From a virus, in IMG/VR virus record IMGVR_UViG_3300045988_169227, positions 1 to 32,457 of that record: a stretch of DNA of 32,457 nucleotides, one strand, 5' to 3'. The position numbers were made by a program, and so were the translations under genes. Positions 20,910 to 29,622 of this stretch are shown one piece after another. The notes below the pieces were generated by a model. The model had not been told where the DNA came from. It saw nothing but the letters and a program-made list of their open reading frames with translations, and made no database searches. Position 1 is the first letter of the stretch. Every line of letters begins with the position of its first letter.

Positions 20910-21878
20910 TTATTCAATTTCTTTTGCCGGGATAGGTTTTGCTTCGCTTTTTACCGGCAAGGTTGCGGCTTTCTCGGTCATAAACTTATCAAGTATAGCC
21001 TCTTTCGAGATAAAGACGCACATTTCGGTTGTAAGCGTTTTAGATCCGATGAAGAACCAACCCGTCGTGAATTGTAGCGTTATATTTACTATATCCGTAA
21101 TGCACGATATAACGTTGATTTGTCCGAACGAAACGGAAAAGCCTATCATCGCCGAAAGTAAGGAGATGAATATCATCGTGGGAAGACCTTTTAATATCTC
21201 TTTGCCGTTCTCTAACTTTTCGTTTATAGAGTATATCTCCCGTTTATAGCCGCCGTCCGATGAAAAAGCCGTTACAAACTTACGATAATCGAGACGTATA
21301 TAATTGACCTTTTTCGTGTCTAAGTACTTTTTAATATAATCTTCACTCGTTATATACTCAATTTCGCGCTTCTTATATTCGAGTTTCGTTATCTTTTTAG
21401 CGATTTTATCATTTAAGGGCTTTATCTTCAATCTTCCTATCTGTTCGTCGATAGCCGCCGCTTTACGCGTCCACCCGCGCATATAGGCTTCGAGTTTACG
21501 CTTTTTATTCTCGGCTATTATCCACGCCCGGAACTCGGCATAATTTATCTTTTCGGCAGCCTTCCTGATTTTTTCCTGCATACGCAGGAGGTCGGGAGAT
21601 TTCTGCCCGACCTGATAACGACTGTTTGAGCCTAAATATTTGCTCATTGCCGCCGTTGCTATACGCAGAAGTAAAGCCGTTAAAAAACTCGCCCAAACTA
21701 TGTCTTTGAAAGAAAAGTTGAAGTTTATAAGCGTTGAAAGTGCGGAAAGCGAAAAAAGCGCAATCGCAAGGACTACAGTCGGCAACACCGATAGGAACTT
21801 TCCAACACCCGAAGATTCTTTTTTATGCGCTAAAGTTTCTTCAAGTAAATCTTTTTCGTTAAAATCGAACTCTTCCAT
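20910..21878 (-). CDS. multi-pass membrane protein (322 aa) with a central coiled-coil
   Basis: Two N-terminal hydrophobic helices (FLSVLPTVVLAIALFSLSALSTL and IVWASFLTALLLRIATAAM), a K/E-rich centre and two to three C-terminal TM segments. It is the last gene of the late operon. Confidence 0.65.
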   Translation of the reverse strand: MEEFDFNEKDLLEETLAHKKESSGVGKFLSVLPTVVLAIALFSLSALSTLINFNFSFKDIVWASFLTALLLRIATAAMSKYLGSNSRYQVGQKSPDLLRMQEKIRKAAEKINYAEFRAWIIAENKKRKLEAYMRGWTRKAAAIDEQIGRLKIKPLNDKIAKKITKLEYKKREIEYITSEDYIKKYLDTKKVNYIRLDYRKFVTAFSSDGGYKREIYSINEKLENGKEILKGLPTMIFISLLSAMIGFSVSFGQINVISCITDIVNITLQFTTGWFFIGSKTLTTEMCVFISKEAILDKFMTEKAATLPVKSEAKPIPAKEIE

Positions 21879-21881
21879 TGA

Positions 21882-22331
21882 TTACTCCTCTGCCTTAAAC
21901 GAGTAGGCTTCTTTCCACGCTTCCGCGTCAGGCATAGCGGGCTTGCGATTCTTCTGCTCTATGCCGTCAACGATGACCGTAGAATGACGTTCGTAGACAT
22001 CGCCCACTACGTCAACGAATGTTGACAGAAGAGAGCCTATCAACGATACCAACGCTATAAGCGTCATTTCGTCGGAAAGGTAACGCATAATGAGTGCTAT
22101 AACGAAAAAAATCGCAGATATAGTTATAAGCGAACTATTCTTAAATAACGTTAAAAACTTATCCTTAAACGCCGCTATAACAAATATCAGGATAATATAT
22201 CCCCAAAAGCCGAACGCCGAGGCTTTCCCGGCGTAGGCTTCGTGATTGAGGATAAATAACAGTACCATAGGTAAGGCGTATACCAAAAAGGCGTACAGCC
22301 TATAAAGTTTACATTTTGCGCCGTTAGTCAT
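21882..22331 (-). CDS. 4-TM membrane protein (149 aa), a holin candidate
   Basis: Four hydrophobic segments and a charged C-terminal tail, at the position where a lysis cassette is expected. There is no sequence-level holin family match I can assert. Confidence 0.5.
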   Translation of the reverse strand: MTNGAKCKLYRLYAFLVYALPMVLLFILNHEAYAGKASAFGFWGYIILIFVIAAFKDKFLTLFKNSSLITISAIFFVIALIMRYLSDEMTLIALVSLIGSLLSTFVDVVGDVYERHSTVIVDGIEQKNRKPAMPDAEAWKEAYSFKAEE

Positions 22332-22344
22332 TGATTGCCCCCTT

Positions 22345-23139
22345 TCAGGCTTTCGTCTTTACGTCAGAAATAATCTTGTCCGCTTCGTCGCCTTTCGTTT
22401 CTCGTATATAATCTTCGAGCGCCTTTATCTCTGCCGCCTGCTGCTCCACAACCGTTTGAGTGGGGGAAGCCGCAAGGCACGCCACGGCGCTTTCAGAACT
22501 GCGCCACGCGTTAGTCGCCCCGTTTATAAGAGCGTTAAGTTGCGCCGAAATCGTATCGATTTGAGCCTTGATCTCCGCATAGGTCTTTTTATCGATTTTC
22601 AAACTTTCGAGAATTTTTGCAAATTCTGTGCCGAGCGCCGCCGACAATACTTCTTTCAGTTTTTCAGGGTCGCCCTCTTGTATCGCTTTCGTTAATTCAT
22701 CGGTTTTCGCCTGTAGACCTTTATAAAGACCGAGTAACTGTTTATATTTAGCATTCTTCTTCAAATACGGCAACAACGCCCCGACTCCCATTAAAAGAGC
22801 CGAACCTGCAGAGATAACGAGCGGCAGTATGTTTTTCGTAAAGTAGTCGCTCTCGTTCAAAATCGCCTTTATACGGCTCGTTATATCTTCGGATAGGTCT
22901 TTATTCGTATCTTCTTCTTTTTCGCCGTCTGTGGCGGTTTCTCCGCCTTGAGGAGCGTCTTTATCTTCCGTCGTCGTTTTATCGTCGTCGGGAGTTTCGA
23001 CTGTGGGCGTTTTCACCGTTTCTCCCGTGGGGGGGGTGACTGTTTCATCGGCGGCAAACGCGGATATGCCCGCGCCGCCGAAACAAAAGATTACCGCCAT
23101 ACAGATGACGAGTAAAATAAATTTGCTTAACTTTTTCAT
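22345..23139 (-). CDS. secreted / type-I membrane protein (264 aa): signal peptide, acidic T/P-rich linker, one TM, helical C-terminal domain
   Basis: The ATG at 23139 has a TAAGGAG SD. The N-terminus is MKKLSKFILLVICMAVIFCFGGAGISAFA|ADE. The TM segment is ILPLVISAGSALLMGVGALLPYL. The track start at 23250 is an extension. Confidence 0.65.
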   Translation of the reverse strand: MKKLSKFILLVICMAVIFCFGGAGISAFAADETVTPPTGETVKTPTVETPDDDKTTTEDKDAPQGGETATDGEKEEDTNKDLSEDITSRIKAILNESDYFTKNILPLVISAGSALLMGVGALLPYLKKNAKYKQLLGLYKGLQAKTDELTKAIQEGDPEKLKEVLSAALGTEFAKILESLKIDKKTYAEIKAQIDTISAQLNALINGATNAWRSSESAVACLAASPTQTVVEQQAAEIKALEDYIRETKGDEADKIISDVKTKA

Positions 23140-23152
23140 TTTTTTATACTCC

Positions 23153-23563
23153 TTATAAAATGATTTCGTTTTGTTTTTCGAGCGCCGCGATACGACGTTC
23201 AATGTCTTTGAGTTGTGCGTCGATTGCTTTCGTGTAAGAGAGCATTTCAAAAGACCTGCCGCCGAAGCCTTTCAGGAAGAGCGGTAAAACCGTCCAACGC
23301 TTACAGACTTCACCGTTTTGAATCAGGCAGAAAGTAAACGTTATTTTACCCGCGACGAGAAGTTCTTCGGGTACTTCGTACTCGTCGCGCGATAATCTTT
23401 GCGTGTGCTTCCCGCCCGTAGATTCGGCTATAACGATTAAATCGGTCGGGTCGTAATCAGATTCGACCTTTAACGTTAATTTGTCGTTTACGCCTAAAAT
23501 AAACGGTTCTGTGCTATCTAAAGTACCGTAAATAAGGCTCGAAAGTTTAACTGTTTTTTTCAT
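23153..23563 (-). CDS. hypothetical protein (136 aa), fibre-associated, with a C-terminal coiled coil
   Basis: GAGGTGG SD. Ends in AIDAQLKDIERRIAALEKQNE. Confidence 0.55.
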   Translation of the reverse strand: MKKTVKLSSLIYGTLDSTEPFILGVNDKLTLKVESDYDPTDLIVIAESTGGKHTQRLSRDEYEVPEELLVAGKITFTFCLIQNGEVCKRWTVLPLFLKGFGGRSFEMLSYTKAIDAQLKDIERRIAALEKQNEIIL

Positions 23564-23939
23564 CGTCTGCCACCTCGATGTCGTCTTCCCACCCGTCTAA
23601 AATGGCAACGTCTTCTACCTCGACAGGCTTACGCACTTTTTTCTCTTTGCCGTCTACGATTTCCGTTTCGCCGGTTTCGATATATTCGGTATGAGTATAC
23701 CGCTTTTTTGCTTCTTTATAAGCCGATTCGAGCGGGTTTTCTCTTTCGTTTTTTATACTAAACGAAACCGAGTGCCGTTCAAGAAAGTTTTTGTTAAGCG
23801 CGTTTTGGCGCGAGTTGTGTATCCACAGTTCGGCATAAACGCCGTTCCCGTGTCTTTCGAGTTTACGCACTACGGCGTATGCAACGGGAAGCGTAATTCC
23901 CAAATCTTTAACTTCGTAATTTGTCTTTTTAAGTCCCAT
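23547..23939 (-). CDS. hypothetical protein (130 aa) downstream of the tail fibre
   Basis: AAGGAG SD 9 nt upstream of the ATG. Confidence 0.55.
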   Translation of the reverse strand: MGLKKTNYEVKDLGITLPVAYAVVRKLERHGNGVYAELWIHNSRQNALNKNFLERHSVSFSIKNERENPLESAYKEAKKRYTHTEYIETGETEIVDGKEKKVRKPVEVEDVAILDGWEDDIEVADDEKNS

Positions 23940-23955
23940 AATTTTATACTCCTTT

Positions 23956-25818
23956 TTATATTGTTTTTACATCATCTGTCCACTTTCCCGCGGGGTATGG
24001 GGTTATATTGCTATCGGTCTCGTCTGAAACGTAGTATCTGTAACCCGTTTCGGTCACGCCCGTAATATAAAATGCTAACGGACTACTCGTCTTAAAAGTG
24101 CCCGTTGCTGGATATTCAAACGTCTTTCCGAGTAATATTTTTAAGTCGTTAAGGCTGGATACTGTAAGATTATTACTTGAATATATAACAAGTCGTATCC
24201 CGCTGCCGATGTTCATATCGGACGGCGTAAACGTAACGTAATGCCTATATAAATCGATATTACCTACGCCAACTAAACTTCTGTTGCCGAAAAGCGTTTT
24301 GACGTATTTACTTGTTAGAACTGTATGTTCGCCATATGTATTAAATGGAAAAGTATATGTTCTAAGTCCACCAGAGTCTTTTTGAAAGATTCTCGATATA
24401 CCGTTTTGGTCGCCGAAAGAAGTATATATGTTTCCTTCTGGCAAACCGTAAAAAGCACTACTATCCGAGGTGAAATAAACGTTGTTGGGAGATCCGCCTA
24501 TAATCTTTATATCTTTGCTTCGGTCTAACTTGACTTCTATCTTGTCTTCATCGGCTTTCTTGTCGATAAGTATATTATTGCCTGCGACGATAGGTATTTC
24601 CTGCGATAAGGTCGCGGTATATTCGGAATCATCGGTGTTGATGATTTTAGTGATTGATACGAGAGTTATACCGTCCGTCGTGTCGTAAGTAACACTCGTA
24701 AACGCGCCGTTTACCGCGTCTATCGATTTCGGCGTTTTCCCGACTTCGCTTATGCTTTTACCCGCGTCGACGAACCGTTTTTTCGTGTTATCCCACTTAA
24801 TCAAGTGTCCCGCCGTAAATTGAGAACTATCGGCTCTTGTCGCCACAGGCGCGCCCTCGCCCGTCTTAAACGTAAATACGCCGTTTTCGTCTACCGAACC
24901 CTGTCCGAACTTCACCGTGTCGTCTGTCGGGTCGTATACGAAGCCATACGCCGTCGTCGAGTTTTTATTGATTACCAACCCCGAAAGGAGCGTTTTAAGG
25001 TCTGTTTTACCCGCGTTCGTTTCGATTATTGCGTTTTTTACGGCGAGCGTAGTTGCTTCTTCGATAAAAGTTTTACCTTTCGCCGTGAAATCACCCGACA
25101 CGACAAAATCGCCGTCTACGTCAAGGCCGCCCGTTATCGTGCCGCCCTCTATATCGAGTTTCGTTGCGACGGCTTCGGCTATCGCGGCAGACATTGTATC
25201 GATAAACTGCTTAAGATTGACCGCGTGTGTATCTTTGGTTGCTTCGGGAACTTTTACGTTTCCGTTACTATCGCGTTGAACAGCCGCGTTACCTAAAATC
25301 TCGGCAGATAACTCGACCATAGTCTGACTGCCTTCGGGCTTTTTAGCATAAAGAAGTATGTCGTCCGAAGTCCCGCTCTGTTTATCGAGTTTGTTCGTCA
25401 TTTCCGTTTGTATCGACGACAAAGCCGCCACGATTTGCTCGTAAATATTCTCGGGCGCAGCCGTAGATTCCGACGGAACACCTTTCGCAACGGTTATATT
25501 CGTTGCTTCGGTTGCGAGTATCTCCGAGCCGTTTTGAATATAAAACTGTGCCGTGACACGCCCGTAAACCTGCGTTATGCTTTTCGGGAGCGAGTACTCT
25601 TTAACGGCGAGAGTTAAGCCGTTATAATCGACGGTTTTGTCCCCCGTCATTAACTGCGGCTCGGTATTCGTTCCGTCGGGAAGCGTAAACGCGACCGTTA
25701 CTACAGAAGCCGACGGAAACGCGCCCGTTAAATAAATCGTGTTCGCTCCGTTCGAGTTCTGATTGATTTGAGCAGGGACGACCGTCAGCCGCCCTTGCCC
25801 GCTTGCAAAAAACAACAT
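23956..25818 (-). CDS. tail fibre / receptor-binding protein (620 aa)
   Basis: Fibre-typical motifs: DTHAVNLKQFID, GGTITGGLDVDGDFVVSGDF and a BppU-like N-terminal beta domain. The C-terminal third has a distinct base composition. Confidence 0.7.
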   Translation of the reverse strand: MLFFASGQGRLTVVPAQINQNSNGANTIYLTGAFPSASVVTVAFTLPDGTNTEPQLMTGDKTVDYNGLTLAVKEYSLPKSITQVYGRVTAQFYIQNGSEILATEATNITVAKGVPSESTAAPENIYEQIVAALSSIQTEMTNKLDKQSGTSDDILLYAKKPEGSQTMVELSAEILGNAAVQRDSNGNVKVPEATKDTHAVNLKQFIDTMSAAIAEAVATKLDIEGGTITGGLDVDGDFVVSGDFTAKGKTFIEEATTLAVKNAIIETNAGKTDLKTLLSGLVINKNSTTAYGFVYDPTDDTVKFGQGSVDENGVFTFKTGEGAPVATRADSSQFTAGHLIKWDNTKKRFVDAGKSISEVGKTPKSIDAVNGAFTSVTYDTTDGITLVSITKIINTDDSEYTATLSQEIPIVAGNNILIDKKADEDKIEVKLDRSKDIKIIGGSPNNVYFTSDSSAFYGLPEGNIYTSFGDQNGISRIFQKDSGGLRTYTFPFNTYGEHTVLTSKYVKTLFGNRSLVGVGNIDLYRHYVTFTPSDMNIGSGIRLVIYSSNNLTVSSLNDLKILLGKTFEYPATGTFKTSSPLAFYITGVTETGYRYYVSDETDSNITPYPAGKWTDDVKTI

Positions 25819-25840
25819 TTTATATAAATACCTCCTGTAT

Positions 25841-28756
25841 TTATTTAATTTTATGTTTGCCGATGAAGTAAATTTTCATATCTTCCGTGTTATACTTCGT
25901 CGGGTCAGTCCAATTGCCCGCAAGAACAACGTCGCCGCCGACTGTTTTCGTAATCGTCTTTACCTTCCCGTCGCTGTCTTCAACCGTCATTGTTTCTTCC
26001 GTTTGGTCGGTTATTATAGCCCACGAACGCCATTGTTTGCCCGCAGGCGGCGTGGGAACACTTAAGGGGGAAACCTGCCCGTTTCCTGCCAAAACTCGCG
26101 CCGTAGCGGCTGTAGACAGGTCTATACCGGGTTGATTTTCCGCGTGTTGAATAAATTTATTCAGTCGCTCCGTAAAGAAGTAATATTTCGTGTTTATGAC
26201 GTTATCTTTAACGTTTACGAACGGGTTACTGTTCGCCAACGCCGAACCGATTATAATGTCGGGGCGATTACTCCTGAACTCGACTTGAAGATTAAAGTTT
26301 ATAATCTCGCGGCTGTCCGCGTCGATTAGATACTGTAAGTCATTATACGTCGCGTTCGTGCCTAAAACATAGGTGGCTTTCGTCGTGCCTTTAACTTCGG
26401 GGAAGTCTAACGCGGGCTGATACTTTTCGCCTGTTTCGTATTCAACGCCGGGCGTAAGCGAAAACTCGTAGTAATCAAAGCGTCCGAAGTAATCTTTATA
26501 CGGAACGTCCTGCGCCCAATATCCCGAGATATTGCTACTCGACACGTAAGCCGATTGCTCGCCCGCCGAATAGTTATCTTTATAAGCCCACGAGAAAGTC
26601 ATAACGTTACCAAACGCCGAAGCGATGACAGGCAATGCGATTTGACTACCGACAGCATTGTTTGTTTTTGTTTTCGCCTGTGCTATAACGCCTGTCACGG
26701 GTTTTGCTTTTCTACCTATAAGAGCCTTTAAGGTATCGTCCATAAATTTATAACCTATAAGCGACTTAGTGTCCGTATAAGTTATATAAGTTACTTCGGC
26801 GGTTGCCGTCTGTTCGGTAGGTTGTGGCGAAGTATAAGGAACGTAAACTTTCGCGTATACGGTATTGTCGCCGCTGTATCGGCACATATAACCTTGCTCG
26901 TTCGTGTTCTGCTTGACTATCGATACTACGCTACCCTTATCGACTGTACCCGTTCCCTCGCCTACCCAATACTCTACGCCGTCAATAGTATCGTGTATTC
27001 CGCTGAATCTACAGATTATAGGCAGGTGGAGCGTCTGTCGCTGGTAGGTTTCTCGGTTGCCGATGACTATATACTCTTTAAGCAGTATAGTCCTGTCGTA
27101 GGCGGCGCGCTCGTTGACTTCGTAAAGGTACTTGAGCGACTTAACGCCGATATACTCCGAAAGTCTGTTAAAGTCTTTTGAAAGCGTTACCGTGCATTTT
27201 AAGTAACTCGGCATTACCTGCACCATAACCGCCGAGATATAGTTGTCATCGTCGAACAACTGCCCCGCTTTAGGAATGTTATTTATGTCTTTGAAGTAAT
27301 AAGTAAGCGACTGTTCGGCGTTTCCGAGCCTTGCTACCGCGCCCTTTACGTTCTCGCCATAATAAGACGTTTCGATAAGGTTTTCCGACTGATTATAAAA
27401 GAGTGTCCTTTCGTTCTCGTCGGGGTCTATATACGGCTTTGAATGGACGAAACGCGCGTTATAAATAGGCTTATAGGTTACTTGAAAAGAGTAAAGCGCA
27501 TAAGTGGTGTTTATCGACGACGCGCCCGTAACCTGTTTAAGGATATTTACTATTGAATAGTCCTTAAACGCGTTATCAATGACCGCCGGTGCTTTGAAGA
27601 ATAACCCTTTAATATTCGGCGAGCCTTGCGTATAGTAAATCGCAAATGCTTTTGAATACGGGAAAGATCCGCTGTACGATGATAAGTTCGCCCTGTACGC
27701 TGTTTCTTCCACAACATAATCGGTTATATCTACGGGGGCTAAAACCCAATAATCGCTCGCGTCTTTGGGGTTTCGTTTAGCGATTCCGCACATTACCTTT
27801 TCTATCTCGTATATCGGGTAAGCGGTAACCACTTCGCCGTTGTTTTCGTCGATACGGGCGTTTATCGTTTCCGACCGTAGCGACTTGTAATTTTCGCCGT
27901 CGGGGTCTATTATACTACCCTTTCGCTTGTCTATGGAATTTACGAGGTTTTCGGCGCGGGTGTCAACGCTCGTACAATATTCGTTTATAGTTTGCGACTT
28001 TTTCCTTATTGCGTACGGGTATTGATTAAGCGGTATCTTCGTGCCGTCCGTCAAGGTTACCTCGGCTAACTCGTTGCCGCAGAACGGCTCGAAAGTAATC
28101 ACGCCGTCGGTAAGTCTCGGCTCGGCGTGGATAAAGCCGCCGATGACCTTTAATTGCTCCCTTAACGTGCATTGCGTCATAGTAAACGGCGGCGCAATCA
28201 CCTTATCGTATCGCTCTGCCTGTGAACCCGCAGTATACGTTGAATTTCGTTCGCCCGTGCTTGCGTCGTAAGTTACGCCCTCGAACCTGAACCGTGGAAT
28301 TTCGCCCTTTTGGAGCGGCTCGGCAAGTTCTAAGCACCGAGTTATACAGTCCGTTATGGAGTAAGGGGCAAGCGGCAAGTGATTTTCAACCGTTGAAAAC
28401 GTGTATGTAAATTCAAAAGTTGTCGTAGTACGCTCTGGCACAACTACGGTTCGTTTATATTTGTATTTTACCGATATACTCGCTTGTGGAAATGTGAACT
28501 GATAATTACTCGGTATTGAGATTGATTCATTATCAACCATTACCGATACCATTTCCGATGTCGAACCTGCTGATACATTGTTTTTTATATATGTTTCATT
28601 AGCATACAACACATCTGGCGACGGTAATTGTAACAATTTATTCGCGGCTAATATAGTTGGGAAGTAGTTGCTTTGGAAATTAGCGGGTTCAGTCTTCGTA
28701 ACTGTACTTACACTAATAGTTTTAGTCCCTTGTACATAAACATAACTTTTTGCCAT
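25841..28756 (-). CDS. large tail/baseplate structural protein (971 aa), Tal- or hub-like
   Basis: It is the largest ORF, is beta-rich and lies immediately upstream of the fibre gene. I take the ATG at 28756 as the start; the track start at 28762 is a TTG. Confidence 0.6.
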   Translation of the reverse strand: MAKSYVYVQGTKTISVSTVTKTEPANFQSNYFPTILAANKLLQLPSPDVLYANETYIKNNVSAGSTSEMVSVMVDNESISIPSNYQFTFPQASISVKYKYKRTVVVPERTTTTFEFTYTFSTVENHLPLAPYSITDCITRCLELAEPLQKGEIPRFRFEGVTYDASTGERNSTYTAGSQAERYDKVIAPPFTMTQCTLREQLKVIGGFIHAEPRLTDGVITFEPFCGNELAEVTLTDGTKIPLNQYPYAIRKKSQTINEYCTSVDTRAENLVNSIDKRKGSIIDPDGENYKSLRSETINARIDENNGEVVTAYPIYEIEKVMCGIAKRNPKDASDYWVLAPVDITDYVVEETAYRANLSSYSGSFPYSKAFAIYYTQGSPNIKGLFFKAPAVIDNAFKDYSIVNILKQVTGASSINTTYALYSFQVTYKPIYNARFVHSKPYIDPDENERTLFYNQSENLIETSYYGENVKGAVARLGNAEQSLTYYFKDINNIPKAGQLFDDDNYISAVMVQVMPSYLKCTVTLSKDFNRLSEYIGVKSLKYLYEVNERAAYDRTILLKEYIVIGNRETYQRQTLHLPIICRFSGIHDTIDGVEYWVGEGTGTVDKGSVVSIVKQNTNEQGYMCRYSGDNTVYAKVYVPYTSPQPTEQTATAEVTYITYTDTKSLIGYKFMDDTLKALIGRKAKPVTGVIAQAKTKTNNAVGSQIALPVIASAFGNVMTFSWAYKDNYSAGEQSAYVSSSNISGYWAQDVPYKDYFGRFDYYEFSLTPGVEYETGEKYQPALDFPEVKGTTKATYVLGTNATYNDLQYLIDADSREIINFNLQVEFRSNRPDIIIGSALANSNPFVNVKDNVINTKYYFFTERLNKFIQHAENQPGIDLSTAATARVLAGNGQVSPLSVPTPPAGKQWRSWAIITDQTEETMTVEDSDGKVKTITKTVGGDVVLAGNWTDPTKYNTEDMKIYFIGKHKIK

Positions 28757-28820
28757 AAACAAAAAAGACAGTATTCCGACCGTCTATCTCCTTTTTTGTT
28801 TTTCTTAATAAAAAAGACGC

Positions 28821-29228
28821 TTACGCACCCTTTCTGTTTATTTCTTCTTCTAATTCTTTGTACTTTTTTTGAGTTCTTTCAAACTTCTTAATTAAAAATT
28901 TTTCTTTTCGGTCTGCTCTTTTTCTCTTTATTTTTTTTAGCGATTTATAAATAGAAAAATCGAAGTTTACGAAACGAATAATTATTTGCCATATCAAAGT
29001 GAATATTACTAAAAGAAGAGTTATGCATAATAAAAAATTATAAACCAACGATTTAATGTAAGATTTATAGAAGAACTTATAGTCATTATCATATGACGAA
29101 AAGATAGCCTTAATTTGCTTCAACGATAAATGAGTTGTATACATATTTTTTATCGTAAAGACGAGAAATATGCAACACGCCGCTGCAAGCAAGCCATACC
29201 AAATTATACATATAACTTTCTTTTTCAT
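28821..29228 (-). CDS. 2-TM membrane protein with a highly basic coiled-coil tail (135 aa), encoded in a 20-30% GC insert
   Basis: The ATG at 29228 has a GAGGAAG SD. TM segments are VICIIWYGLLAAACCIFLVF and LLCITLLLVIFTLIWQIII. The C-terminus reads KKIKRKRADRKEKFLIKKFERTQKKYKELEEE. Confidence 0.6.
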   Translation of the reverse strand: MKKKVICIIWYGLLAAACCIFLVFTIKNMYTTHLSLKQIKAIFSSYDNDYKFFYKSYIKSLVYNFLLCITLLLVIFTLIWQIIIRFVNFDFSIYKSLKKIKRKRADRKEKFLIKKFERTQKKYKELEEEINRKGA

Positions 29229-29241
29229 AACTTCCTCTTTT

Positions 29242-29622
29242 TTATTCTCCCACCACAAAAGTATCGTCGGCAAACGCCTGCGCTTTCGTATTTGTAAACG
29301 CCAACTCGCCGCACGTTATGCTCTCTAACAACTTCGTTTCTTCGAGCAAATACAACGAGTGCGTATATTTCCCGCTACCGAGCGGCTTTTCTTCTACCGT
29401 GTCGCTTGCGACAACATAAGTCCTTGTGTAAGTCTTTGTATCGTTTGTGATGACTGCCGTAAGTTTCGTTTGAATTGCCAACTTTTGCTTTGTTGACAAT
29501 ACAATGCTTAAATTCGCCTCGTCAAGGCTCTCATCGAGTAAATTCCCGTATGAATACGGAAACACCGTATTAGAGAGTATTTCTCCGCTTTGAGAGCCGA
29601 TTTTTATAACTACGCTATTCAT
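29242..29622 (-). CDS. hypothetical tail-module protein (126 aa)
   Basis: The ATG at 29622 lies 8 nt after an AGGAGA SD and forms an ATGA overlap with the upstream stop. The track start at 29628 is a GTG too close to the SD. Confidence 0.55.
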   Translation of the reverse strand: MNSVVIKIGSQSGEILSNTVFPYSYGNLLDESLDEANLSIVLSTKQKLAIQTKLTAVITNDTKTYTRTYVVASDTVEEKPLGSGKYTHSLYLLEETKLLESITCGELAFTNTKAQAFADDTFVVGE

